Source: Ptychomitrium polyphyllum (lineage: Eukaryota). Taken from it: DNA of 64,000 nucleotides. The position numbers were made by a program, and so were the translations under genes. The notes beneath the pieces are model-generated. The model was not told the DNA's origin. It saw only the letters and a list, made by a program, of their open reading frames with translations, and did not search any database. The DNA lies in NCBI GenBank assembly GCA_973851085.1, contig OZ316775.1:372001-436000 (forward strand), written 5' to 3'. This document shows positions 43,801 to 55,917 of this stretch, piece after piece (positions within the stretch are counted from its first letter, which is position 1; each line of letters starts with the position of its first letter).

Positions 43801-45483
43801 ATTTTCAATCGCTCATTAAGATCAGCTGCTATGGAGATTCGCAAAGCTGTAGGTGCAGCTCCGCCTCACTGGCCACCTGAAGAGGCTGAATCTGAAGTAC
43901 GTGATATGTTACCTGGACTTTTGCCCCAGCAAGGATGGAATGAACCAGATCTATTGGATCCAATTCATCAGGCTTTACACTTAGCTGAGCTGCCGAGATT
44001 TCCTACAGTTGAGCAGGTCAAGCCAGGCTCTCCAACGAGTGCATGGGAGAACGTGCGGTATCAGAAGGTATTATTCGTGTTCTCTGCAGCTTCTTCATAG
44101 AATTGTCAAAAATTTGTGACTATCTGACTTACGAGCGCATAGTTGAGGTGCTCAAATATTACCATACTTGTGAGCGTTGCACCTAGGCGCTGAATGTTTG
44201 TTATAGCACTAGTGTACGCCATATTGATAATTCTTAAGCTGGATTTATTTCTGTAGATTTGAATTACTTTGCATTACTATTGAAAATAGGTCTGCCAATT
44301 TTGTCTTATTAGTCGATGACTTTGATCACATTGTGGGTTTCAGGCAGCTGTTGAGAGGGCTACGCAACAATACTTGGCTCGTATTGATGGAGTAAAGGAA
44401 GACGATCCTGTCCTTGTCCGCCAAGCACAGGTTATGGTACAGAGGAACAGCTCGCTTGAGTGGACGGAATCTGGGCGTGTGCTAGTTCCTCGGTGGGCGA
44501 ACATTTTCCAAGGCATTTATCAATCTCGTTTACTACTACTGAACAGTGAGCCTCCTCCAACGGTCTACATCGTATCAAAAGACGATGAGGTAGAGCGACC
44601 ACTGGAACTAGATGAAGTAGAACAGCAAATCCCATTTGCAAGTGAAATTGCTGCAGGGACTCCCTTTGGCAGGACAAGGCACGTCAGTCTTATGTTTGAC
44701 GATACAGAAGAGCTAGAAGCGACGATCACTCTGCAAGAGAAATTGTCTTTAGCCAAATCTTACACAGATCGTCTCAATTTTGATGAACACGAGAGCGCAA
44801 CACCGTTGAAACAACAGGCAAGCCCAAAGAAGATGGATGAGGAGATGTGGCCATTTGTGACGCAAGGGAACACTTGGTCGATCTTTTCACCGTCGTTGGA
44901 GTCATGGCAACGAGGGCAGCCTGTTTCTTTGAAGAAGAGGAGGTTGTCGCTTTCTCCTGAGAGTGCCGTTCAGTCTCTTGCCACTAACCTAAATAAAGCC
45001 TTGGCATCAACAATCTCGACTGAGAGCACGAGTGTTAGTGACTCACGGGCGCCTGTGTCTCATGGTTTTTCACTCATCGAAACTGGAAAGAGCAATGATG
45101 CCTCTGGGACATTTGAGATTCCTCGTTTACCAGAGGAATTATTTCTAGACAACATTGTCATGAAGCTGAACAATGATATCGACCGTGTGCTACGTCGCGC
45201 CAGCTCAGATATGTGCTTCGCTGACACCCAGTCTGTGGCAGATCTTAATCCCGAAGGAGCTTTCAACCAGAGTCGTTTTCATTCTGATAGTAATATACCT
45301 TATGATAGAAGTGCAAATAGTATGGTTAGTAAGCGTATTGAGCCACGTGCATCGACTATTAGTGGTGACATAGGAAACATTGATGATATGTTGGAAAGGT
45401 GCTGGAAAGCTCAGAATAGTATCGATCGAAAACTTGAAGATTCATTCGGCGTTGTTCACGATAGTTCGCATAGCAATAGGTAA
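37818..45483 (+). CDS. SAC3B: SAC3/GANP family protein (TREX-2 mRNA export scaffold, SAC3B-like); 12 coding exons
   Basis: Exons 37818-38197, 38528-38787, 38981-39081, 39524-39739, 39956-40183, 40301-40392, 40984-41077, 41221-41313, 41552-42450, 42721-42847, 43021-44067, 44344-45483. Motifs IVGTCDDMCSETER, AVKKYTR, LIRPLPVL, FLWDRMRAVRMDLRMQH, EAEFRGYYALL, GNYIAFFRL. Start codon is the least certain part. Confidence 0.93.
37902..37962 (+). repeat. 18-bp coding tandem repeat GCGGCAGGGAAACCAGGA x3 (AAGKPG)
   Basis: Three identical in-frame units in SAC3 exon 1. Confidence 0.9.
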
Positions 45484-47200
45484 TATTTGGGGGTGTCATC
45501 GATCCTCCTGCAGCTCGCTGCTTTCTAATTTCAGCTGAGCACCTACAGTTCCTTAACATATCCGGCATCTTCCGAAATCACAAGGTCTGGCGAGGTGAAC
45601 TCGTTGCAGAACAGTTATATAAAGTATCTCTAAGGTAGTTCGGATTCAACTGGTAGGTCTTCCTTCAGATTTATGAGTTATGGGTGCAGGTTTTAGATTT
45701 GTCGAATAGTCCTTCATGTACATTACGGTAATGTGTCATGTTATGAGTGCAGAGGATCCAATTTATGTGCATTTTTTCTAAAGGAATTTATTATCCCCCA
45801 TTTCCGTCGACTTATGATTAAATTCGAAGAGCAATTCTTTCCTGGACATGCACAGGATGTGGGAGGTTGTCAATGACACCCATTGTTGTAGAAATTGGGA
45901 CCTTAAGTCAGTTCTGTAACCAGTGGTTACAATCCGGGAAGAGATAAGTATTAAAGGGTAGCATGTTTGTCTTATTGGATTTATACTCCTTTCTGTAGAT
46001 GAATTCACTGTGTGAGGACCAATTTCATGGGAGGTCCATGAAATTTTCCACTTGATCAACGTATTTGAGATGGATCTTTCTTGAAATTCTTTCCTACAAA
46101 TGTGAATTTATTTGCGGAAAGGAGTATGTTGCAAGTACTTCTCTCCTCATGTCTAATTTGCTAGGGCGTCCTGGAGTGGGACTACGTTTCAATAGTCCCT
46201 ACAACCTCTCCAATGTATGAGCATTCATTACCGGCAGTTTGACAAAAGTTGCATATCGAACCAGGACATCTTAAAATTACAAGAACTGCACTTAAAACAG
46301 TATGAGGTATCCGTTTAAATATTGAAGAGGAAAAGAAAACAACATAGTGACATTTTGTAGCTTGCCGCAAAAGCAACAACATGAGTACAAAGGAGCATGT
46401 CCCTAATTCCATTTGTTACAACCTGATAATCCTCATTGAATAAACTAGTATCAGGATTTCCTGTACTTTGCTTCAGATTTGGTTTGCGCGAGACGTGGGT
46501 GGCTCTATGACTGTTTAAAATAGGTACATGCTGATAATGGGTGCTATCGTATCGCGACATTATATCATCAGGAAATTTTCAAACGCCAATCACAGGAACA
46601 TAAGTGTACCACAAATGACCACAATTGGGTGTCTGGAAATATCTATTCAAAACAGAGAACCAATTTGGCAAAATTTGCCACGCACGAGAACTAGGAAACA
46701 AGAAACTGTTGGATTTATGAAGCATTTATTTGCAAGGACGACGGTATCACCAATTCACCACCGCACTGATAAGATAGCGATTAGTAGATGAACTCGTGAC
46801 AATGAGTTGTGTTGGGATTGCACGAATTCAATCCTAAAACCATTTTCAAGAAGCAAGCTGCATCTGAATCCAAAGGACATCCTCCTCGTCATGTTGAACT
46901 GGAACACTCAAACCTTCAGGCTTCGACTTCTAAACAAACCATCGTCGAAGCACGCTCTGTAGTATAGCACAATAGTAGTGGGACAACTAGCTGCTCTATG
47001 TATGACAATCTCCACACAAGGCTGCTGTATTAGCTTAATCTAAGTTGAGGAGCTACTTCTCCATAGACTTACAAAACAGCTCGAGTTCAGCAGAATCCAA
47101 AGTTAGAATCAGCAATATTTTGTATGTGTTGCAACTCCTTATTTCTGTCACTAGTTGTTAGCACTCAGCGAGCAAAAATAATGGCAGCAGCTAGCCAGGC

Positions 47201-49630
47201 TCATGAGTTTTGCAATAGCGTAAAATTGAAAGTGCCCGCGGCAGTGATTTCGTAACTCGTGTAACCACCTGCAACCGTGACGAACTTTACGGCACTATTG
47301 GACGACGCAGGTGGCATGACGACGGAGTTCAGAGCCGACGTGGGAAGGAACACGGTGGCCGTGGTGTTGGCAGGAACGGTAACCGTGGCAGTAATCTCCC
47401 CATTGTCATCGGATGAGCGTTTCCATTCGCTCACAATTTTGCCGTGCGCAGACACGTAGCTGGCCTTCACCCAGGTCAAGTCCCCCAGGATGGTGGGCTT
47501 CAGGATAACCTTGCTAAATCCGGGACCATCGGGGTCGCTCTGGATGCCGGCGAGATCGTGGTAGAACCACTCCATGATTTGGCCCAGCATGAAATGATTG
47601 TGCGAGGAGCCAGGTTCCGCATCCCAGGCTTCGGTCAGCGCCGTGGCGCCCTTCGCTAGCATCATGCCATAGCCGGGTTTGTCGGACTGGTTATTCATTT
47701 GGTAGATCACGTCAGAGCGATTGCCATCCGCCAACGCGCGCAACAGATAGCGAAACCCCACGTCGCCAGCAGTGAGGCCCTTCTCCTCGATGTCGGCCAC
47801 GATGTTCTGCAGCACCGAGGCGCGATGACCAGGGTCTACGAGGTCCATGACGAGGGCTATGGCATTGGCACACTGGGATCCCGTGGCGTACTGGTGGGTA
47901 TCAGCGTTGAAAAATTTGGCATTGAAAGCGTCTCGGATGAGCTCCGCCTGCTGCAGGAATCGCGTCGCATCGTCGCTGCGATCGAGTAGCTTGGCCACCT
48001 TAGCGAGGATGAGTGTGTCCTGGTAGTAAAAGGCGGTACCCGTCACGCCTTTCGGTGTCAATTTAGAGGGGCCTGGTGTGCCTGGTGCGATGTCGTACCA
48101 GTCACTCAATCCGAAGCTGACGATGTAATCTTCCGCGCGACTGCCGAGGTAGCCCACGTATCGCACCATATTGTCGTAGTAGATGCGCAGCAGCTCGAAA
48201 TCGCCAGTGAACTCGTACTGCTGCCACGGGATCTGCAAAAACGCGGAGGACCATTCGGGCGAATTCCTATACTCGCTGTACCAGCCACTGAAGATCATAT
48301 ACTCCGGTGCGGTGGTGGTCAGCATGCCGTCCTCCCATTGCGTGTCGGCCATATCGTTCATGGTTTTGGTGAAGAGTTGGTCGAGCCGAAAATTGTAGCG
48401 CAGAGCGGGACCGTTGAGATGGGTCTGCTCGAGCCAGCCGAGGCGCTCGCGATGGGGGCAGTCCGTCATATAACTCACCATATTGCTGCGTTGGGCCCAA
48501 TGGATCAACGTGTAGATTTTGTTGAATAAATCGTTGGAACAGGCAAACTCACCGACGGGCTCGGAAATGGAATGCACAATCACGTTTTGAAGCGACTCCA
48601 CAGTCGGCAGAGGCTCTCCTGGCGCTGCCCCGATGCTTTCCACCTGCAAGAAGCGCGACGCGTGGTACCAGAACTTGGGAAAGTACGTCTCGCTCTCGCC
48701 CAAGTTGGTACTGTTTCCAGCCAATGTGTATTGCCAGTACGCCGTACCACCCCCGCACGATATGCGATCCACCGTACCATCATCATGGAGCAGCTCTGCG
48801 GGAATGATCCGCACCATCGCCCCAGCAGCCCCAGAAACCTTGAGGAGCGGCATCATGGACGCATTTTGACCCAAGTCGTAGATGGCGACACCCTGTTTCA
48901 GCGGCTTCACATTGGCGACCTTCCGGATCTCGATGGCGCGAATGGGCGGAGCAGCCACACTTGCCCCTCGGAGCCTCCCGCCCGGTCCGTCCAGCAAGAC
49001 GGCTGCATCCCATGTTGACGCATCGGTGAATCCCGGCGAGTCCCAGCCCTTCGCTTCCAGACGAGCATCGTAGTCTTCGCCACCATATATATGCGAAAAA
49101 GTGATCGGCCCCGCATGCATCCGCCAATTCGCATCCGTGCCCACCACTTTCGTTGGCCCTACAAAATACTCGAGCCGTAATTGCGCAATTGCTTTCAGAG
49201 GGCCAAAACTCCCCGTGAATTTGGTGAAGCGGGCGGGACCAGGATCCTCAACGTTATACATGCCATTGCCCAGCAGCAACCCTAAGCAGTGAAGGCCGCT
49301 GCGTTGGAGCTGCGTGGTCACATCATAGGTGTCGTACAGACACGTCTTTCTGTAATTGGTCCAGCCGGGAGTGAACAAATCCTCGCCCACTTTGCTCCCG
49401 TCTATCGTGAGCTCGTATTGCCCCAACCCGCACACGCGCAGCGTCGCACGGTGAAGCTGGGGCTTCACTTCCACTTCCCGGCGTAGCCTCATGCTCTGAT
49501 AGCCTCCCTCCACTGTGTCCGCTCTCTCGACAATCACAAACCCATCGGCCGTAACGCCGGATTTGGCTGCACCGATCCATTGCGATTCTGATCCCCAGAC
49601 CATGTCGTCGTCTTCGCCGCGCAGCGCCAT
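47201..49630 (-). CDS. Alpha-L-rhamnosidase, glycoside hydrolase family 78, bacterial type; uninterrupted 809-aa ORF
   Basis: GLGQYELTIDG..VG..FTPGWTNY, GEDYDAR, YDLGQN, TDCPHRERLGWLEQ, EAWD...SHNHFMLG and a C-terminal GKIVSEW/VTVPANTTATV domain. In-frame TGA two codons before the ATG; no obvious signal peptide. Confidence 0.93.
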   Translation of the reverse strand: MALRGEDDDMVWGSESQWIGAAKSGVTADGFVIVERADTVEGGYQSMRLRREVEVKPQLHRATLRVCGLGQYELTIDGSKVGEDLFTPGWTNYRKTCLYDTYDVTTQLQRSGLHCLGLLLGNGMYNVEDPGPARFTKFTGSFGPLKAIAQLRLEYFVGPTKVVGTDANWRMHAGPITFSHIYGGEDYDARLEAKGWDSPGFTDASTWDAAVLLDGPGGRLRGASVAAPPIRAIEIRKVANVKPLKQGVAIYDLGQNASMMPLLKVSGAAGAMVRIIPAELLHDDGTVDRISCGGGTAYWQYTLAGNSTNLGESETYFPKFWYHASRFLQVESIGAAPGEPLPTVESLQNVIVHSISEPVGEFACSNDLFNKIYTLIHWAQRSNMVSYMTDCPHRERLGWLEQTHLNGPALRYNFRLDQLFTKTMNDMADTQWEDGMLTTTAPEYMIFSGWYSEYRNSPEWSSAFLQIPWQQYEFTGDFELLRIYYDNMVRYVGYLGSRAEDYIVSFGLSDWYDIAPGTPGPSKLTPKGVTGTAFYYQDTLILAKVAKLLDRSDDATRFLQQAELIRDAFNAKFFNADTHQYATGSQCANAIALVMDLVDPGHRASVLQNIVADIEEKGLTAGDVGFRYLLRALADGNRSDVIYQMNNQSDKPGYGMMLAKGATALTEAWDAEPGSSHNHFMLGQIMEWFYHDLAGIQSDPDGPGFSKVILKPTILGDLTWVKASYVSAHGKIVSEWKRSSDDNGEITATVTVPANTTATVFLPTSALNSVVMPPASSNSAVKFVTVAGGYTSYEITAAGTFNFTLLQNS

Positions 49631-51049
49631 CGTTCAAGCTCCTCGAAATAACGGTCGTTATTCACTGCATTGACGGTAGGGTATTGGGTAAGCACACCCA
49701 GAAAGTAGTAAAGTTAGTTAAAAATTCTATGGTCTCTCCGTTCCTGCTGTACTACGCCGGATGTGGTACCTGGCTCCGAATTATACCACGACCTTGACCT
49801 CATCCTCCACTCACCCGCAATATTCCGGCTACAGACGGTGGCCTTCTGTTGGTTTACCACTCCTGCAGCTGCTGCTGCTGCTGTTCGGATGCTCCTCCGT
49901 ATGCACCCGCTCGTTCGCTACTTCTTAGCAACCTTTTGAAAGTAAGAGGGGGCGGACTTTAAATGGCCCCGCTCGCTCATGATATTATGCCATACTGTCC
50001 TCTAATTTCCTTGATTGAAGCCACAACAGTAAACGGGATGCACCCACTACTATGGAGTTGATGGGTTCTGGCCAACCACTGATCTCCTTGACTCCGTGTC
50101 TACCAGTACCAATCAATCGACGGTGGAGCTAGCGACGCGCATCCACAACCACCCCACGCTGTAATCATGGCCTACGTTGAAGAAATTTGTTGTCAAATTC
50201 CACCACCACCACTACTACTATGTTCTGCTGCTCTACTGATTCCTCACCACGACCATCCGAAGGCCCATGATTCGTAAATTGCCCACAAGCGCATCACAAG
50301 CACCTCCTAAGTTCTAACGTGATTAAATTTAAGGTTTCCCAAATTTGACAGCAATTGGGTGAATGTAAGCCTGTGACCCAAAACGACACAAGCAGCCTCG
50401 AATGTATGCATGCCTGCACTCGGCCTCCCGACAGTTGAAAGTTGAAGTTACACGAGCTCAATTAGGAGTTAGATTTAGATGGAAAGAGAACCGGGGTCGG
50501 CGACCACAAAGTATGGATTCGAACATGTCATACTACTCTGCAGCCCGTGATCTGCAAAGAAAGAGAAACTGTGAGAGACTGTAACTGTCCTCCTTTCTGC
50601 GAAATGAGTTTCAGCGAAGACGAAAAATGCTGCCACGGTCAACGTCATTGGTTTCACAGGCTCCATTCAAAATTTCAGTCCCCAGAGCCTACCCACTTCT
50701 ACAAAGGGCTCACAACTTAGGGCCACAGGCAGGGACCGGCAGTGGTAAGGCTGGTCAGAGTCTGGAGTCTCGACGCTGGACTGAAGCGACACAAGGTGCC
50801 ACTGGCACAGGAACAGGCAACTTAGATGATAGACGTCACGGGATGTGCCCACACGCAACGTCGTTGTCAAATTAAGGCACCGGCACCATGGCCAAATCCA
50901 TGACTCCACTGTAGTCCCACCTTCAAGTTATTTGCAAGTTGCCATCGATGCCACGGTGATGCCTGCGATGTGATCAATGGCCACCAGGCTCAATTATTAT
51001 GAAATTTCTCACTTTCTCTCTAACTGATAACTCCCATCATTGGCACCGG

Positions 51050-53330
51050 TATTGTACGGGAGCCCACTGCAGTCGCGCCTTCTACGCCAAGCTTGAAGCT
51101 CCGTGCTGACTGTGTGACTCCCTTTCTGGATGGCGTGATCCAGATTCTTTGCATCTGACCAAGCATCGCTGTCCCACATCCCGAACCCATGTCCACCCTA
51201 CAACTTAATAAAATAGCATTCTAGAACGATGAAGGGACCACCCTTTCAAACACTAGATCCAACAGAGATTCCAATGCCCTAAATTGTAAACTTTGTCTTT
51301 TCTAACCCATAAGCAAACATCCCAAGTATTGCATAGAAAATCTTAAAGCCCTATGCAATTGCTAAACATGCTTGATTATCGTTTCCAATTGTTGATCCAA
51401 AAGATACTTTAAGTTCTTGTTCAATGCTATGAATTTAATCTTGCACAAATTAAACTTATAAGGAGCAACTTCAACCTTCTAGCACTACAATGATAAAAGC
51501 AAATATGAATAAAATCCATGCACACACATATGTGTTGTGATGGATATTATAGTCATGATAGTCATGTAGTGACTAAATATTGTGACAAAAAAATTTAATC
51601 TAAATGATAAATTTTTGCTCACATTTCTAACAAGAAAAAAAAAGATATGCAAGCCAAAAGATTGCCACTTGCAAGAAGAATTTGTTGGATTGTATTAATT
51701 TTTTTTAAATAAGCTTTCCAATTAACAAATTATATTTGGAAGATAGGATATTTAATTATAATTCCAAACATCTTCAACGACAGTTTATACCATTGCCTCT
51801 AAATTTTTGTTGTACCATCCAAGCAACATGCGCCACAATATAAGCATTTATAATCTAAAGATGAAAATGTGTGTAAGATTTAAATCATCATTAAAAATAT
51901 AATATTACAAAGCAATGGATATCCTTAATAATAGAAGAAAGCAAAGTAGGGAACAAATTATGAGCATAACATGCTAACAATTGTAATTAATATTGATAAT
52001 GCAAAGTAAGAATGATAAGCTTCAATCCTTGAATTAAGTTACATTTTAATTTGGAAATTACACACCTTGTTTTCTAAAGATGTAAATTTTTCAACATCAT
52101 AATTCTACCAAAATATATAGTAGAAAGATCCTAATTATCTTCTCTACTCTTTATTCAAATAATAATATTAAAAGCCTAATAACATCAAATTTAATAGAAA
52201 TCAATGCATATAAGATTTTAATCTTTTATTCTAGACTTACTAATATAAGATTGATGATATAAATTCTCATCTTACCTTATTTTGCAACCTTTGCTTTATT
52301 TTTTTGCATACAAAAATAATAATTTTTGTTTATAATATACATTTGTTACCACCTTTACATACTTCATACCATTCCTTTAGTAAAATTTTCTTAGCGCATT
52401 GTTCCATACATCTGCACAAACTCCACCATTTAATTCCTTCTATAAATCCTAAACTTGAATATCATTGCTATTGCCATTTGGATTCTTCAAATTCCTCAAA
52501 TGACAAATTTTTAAAAAGGGAAAGAATCTTACATCAAAACATCTACATTGAAGCATTAAATTTGTAAAGCTTGCAAAAATATTTAGGAATTTTGGCAGTA
52601 TTCTACTAATAATATAAAAACTTGGCCAAAACTTAAAGATGTATTCTTTCACTCCTTCCTTCCTTTCATGTACAAAATTGGCACACTTGAAAGCTTGGAT
52701 GTCAATTCTTTCTCTCAACTCATTCCAATAGCAAGTTGCTCTTGGTAGCTTGTAAGTTGATATTTTTGCACCTTGCTTGCTTATTTGGTAGTTTTCATAC
52801 TTCAAAAAACAAACAACTTCAATACTTTCCAATGTTGTTTTATTTGAATGTCAATTCTTTCATTAAATTTTCTCACCATCAATAAAATTCCAATTTCATG
52901 TGCAGCTTGTGCCTTCTTTCTAACTATAAGATGTTATTCATAGTTTAAATGTTGAAATCAATTGAAAAAATAGAAATACAAACCCAATGCGCTTTTACAC
53001 TAAAGCCTTGGCATGCAATCCAATCTTACTTCCTACCTAGAAGATTAGAAGTGAATATTAAGTGCACTTGCAATTCAAATGATGTAAAGGCTAAAAGACA
53101 AATGGTCGAAAGATAGCATAGCATAGAATTGTGACAAATATTGGTGGAATGTTTGCAAATATTGTGATAAAGATTTTTTGAAAAATATTAAGTTTATTAT
53201 TTTAATATTTGTTAACGGATGATACCAGAATGGATGTAAAATAAACATTACTTACAAACTTCAAAATAGGAAGATGCAAAACCTTGAATTCCTTCTTGGT
53301 GTTCAAGTGTGGCATTTGGTGCATATTTCC
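51050..53330 (-). pseudogene. Possible decayed multi-exon gene for a helical protein with recurrent Trp motifs
   Basis: Exon-like blocks with GT/AG edges encode KKILLKEWYEVCK, WRMLLGWYNKNL, YLGCLLMG*KRQSLQF and KEAQAAHEIGILLMVRKF; several in-frame stops; identity unknown. Confidence 0.25.
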
Positions 53331-54771
53331 ATGTTTTTTGTACATTTTTGTGACCACGTGGTGATTGTGACATGTTTGCTACCAGATTGAGGATAATTCA
53401 TTGGTTTTTAATATTTGGATTCAAGGTGATTTATATTTGCATTTGCATGCATGGCAGTTCAAGTACACTGGACTACTAGAATATAATTGAGCCCTTGTTA
53501 TTTGAATGTGTGTGCTGCACCCAAGGAGTAAATGCTAAGTAACTGTAATTTGTTAAGCAGGGATTAACAATTAACTTATTCGTGTCACATCTACAAATGG
53601 AAACAGAAATTTTAAGGAGGTTTGCACTGCAGTCTTGTCATGCACTCAAAGCTTGATTCTTGTCTGGACATGCACAATACTATTAAATCACCTTTGGAGA
53701 AACGGTAGCCAAAGGACAGAGAGAGAGAATGATAGATGTTGTGAGTTGGGAGAAACAACAACACAAGGTCAAAACTATAATTCCAAAATTCTCGCTCTTG
53801 CCTGTGAGGAAATAAAAATCCTAAGCATTAGAGCCTTGTATACAGTCTAGTCTAAACTTGCTCCCTATCTGCAAGTGAAATGATGGAAAAATATAAAGAT
53901 TTTAAAAGCACCATTTTAAAAAACAACATAGTTTATGTATTATGACATATATAGGTAGGATATTGCGTGAGTTTTGTGACTCTCATTTTCATAATCATGT
54001 ATGTACGTATTTATGTATTTATGTATATGTATATCTTTTTATGTATTTTTTAATATTTTTCTTTATTCACTATAGAATCTTTTAGATTTTTTAAATCAAT
54101 TTATATATTTATAAAATACCTTAATTAATTAGAATCTATTAGAAGAAAATTTGAATAATTAAATAAAAATTATTAACAATGAAATGAAAAATATGAAAAA
54201 AAATGACAAGGATATGAACAAAAGTGATTAATATGATAGCTTTAATGGCTTTAGATTTTTGTACATAATACAAAAAAATCTTATCTTGTCTTGTCTATTT
54301 ATTTGTCAGCACATATTACACTTACTTTTACTACTTATACTACCGTTGCGGCCTCTTCTTGTTTATGCTCGCTTACTTAGTCTTATGGCTCTACTCTCAT
54401 AATGCTCTATGATTGCGTAAAGCGCCAACAAAGTCAACGCTTAACCACACCACTTGATGTCCACCAATTTATTCACATATGGTCAACAACTTTGCTTCAT
54501 TCTAAGTTGTTGGCATCGGCTGGCAGCGTAAACACAAAGCCATAGCAACGACAAACAACAATGCATGAGATAAGCTTGGCTAGGATTTGAAAGAATGCGC
54601 TTGAGACTGGACAATAATTGAAGTTAAGCTATAGCAAGAGTTCCTAGATCCTTTCTTTTCATATTGTATATTATAGGGCTACTTGTGGGACATTCTATGT
54701 GCGATTTTTATAACATTCCTACTACCAAAGCGTTTTTATTTGCAATTGTACACCTTAGGAAGCACTATAGT

Positions 54772-55917
54772 TGTCGCAACCCTTGTAATGCACTTTAGCA
54801 AGCGTCACGCGCGTCAACCATGTACACCCCCACATGCACATGGTTAACCTCCATTCTCACTTTCCAAGTCTTTCTACCATTTCTCTTAGGACACCCAATT
54901 TATTAGTAATCAAAGATTAGGTGCGGACTTCCATTCATGTCCAAGGCCTCACTTGGTGTTACTCCCATTCTACACGGCCTAACTGCACTTAGTGGTGTCT
55001 TTTCACCACCACTCATGATACCCATGTGATCCTAAGATCACCCCGGGCCATCATGGTGCCGGCGTGAAGACACCACCCTAACTTAGTGGTAACAAGCGTA
55101 CCCTTTTGAATGTGCTAGTTCCCTTCGTGAAACCGGCTGTCCATTGGCTCACAATGGTGTGGAAGTCCTTGTGGTGAAGCTCCAACACTAGCTCCACCAA
55201 CCGAGACTCACCCTTGGTCTCTACCGGGACACTAGGGGAGTGGTGAGGGAGACCAGCCCTCCCTTATAGTACTCTCTGTGGGATTTGGCAGGCCCCCTGG
55301 CTCTCTATAGCTGGCTGGACCCCGACACACCTAGAGTTTTGGAAGACCACCCGATCTTCCTTGGGACTTAGCCGCTGGAAGCCTTCGGGACTCCCAGCGG
55401 ACCTTCAAGAAGCCATATCTTCCTCATCCGGTGCCCGAATGTATCAAACAACCACTTTATCGTCATTTACTCTGTGCGTAAATGCCGATAGACTCCTCAA
55501 ACGTCTGATTTGAGTTAGTATTGTGGGAGATACGCCTCTCCCAAGGTTCGGGATACTTGGGGAGTCCCTCCCTGGACTGTCTCACTCCAGTACAGTCACT
55601 GAGTAGGGCTGCTTCAGTCCAGAACAACCCTTTGGCAACCTCAACTTTGGGATGCCATAACTTTTAGCTCCTATATCCGATTTGAGCAATCTTTAGCATT
55701 CTAGAATCAGCTCTTTGTGATTCCTCCAATGCCTACGATTTATCCCTCGTGGCTTTCGGTCTACATGGGCAAGGATGTTTCTCTCCCTTCGAGATCCTTC
55801 CCACGCTAGGCCCACTTGGTTCCTTTCACTATCGGCGCCACAAGTCTCGGACGTCACTCTGGAATCTCCCTTGTGCCCTTAGTGTTGTGGGCGCTCCTCA
55901 AAAAAAGGTGCGCGACA
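54772..55917 (-). mobile_element. GC-rich LTR-like element (1146 bp)
   Basis: Perfect terminal inverted repeat TGTCGC...GCGACA; sharp GC contrast with flanks; minus-strand TATAAGGG near 55265; no matching TSD. Confidence 0.65.

Noticed and set aside
47277..49637. Many alternative-frame and antisense ORFs inside the rhamnosidase
   Set aside because: Expected shadow ORFs of a GC-rich coding sequence.
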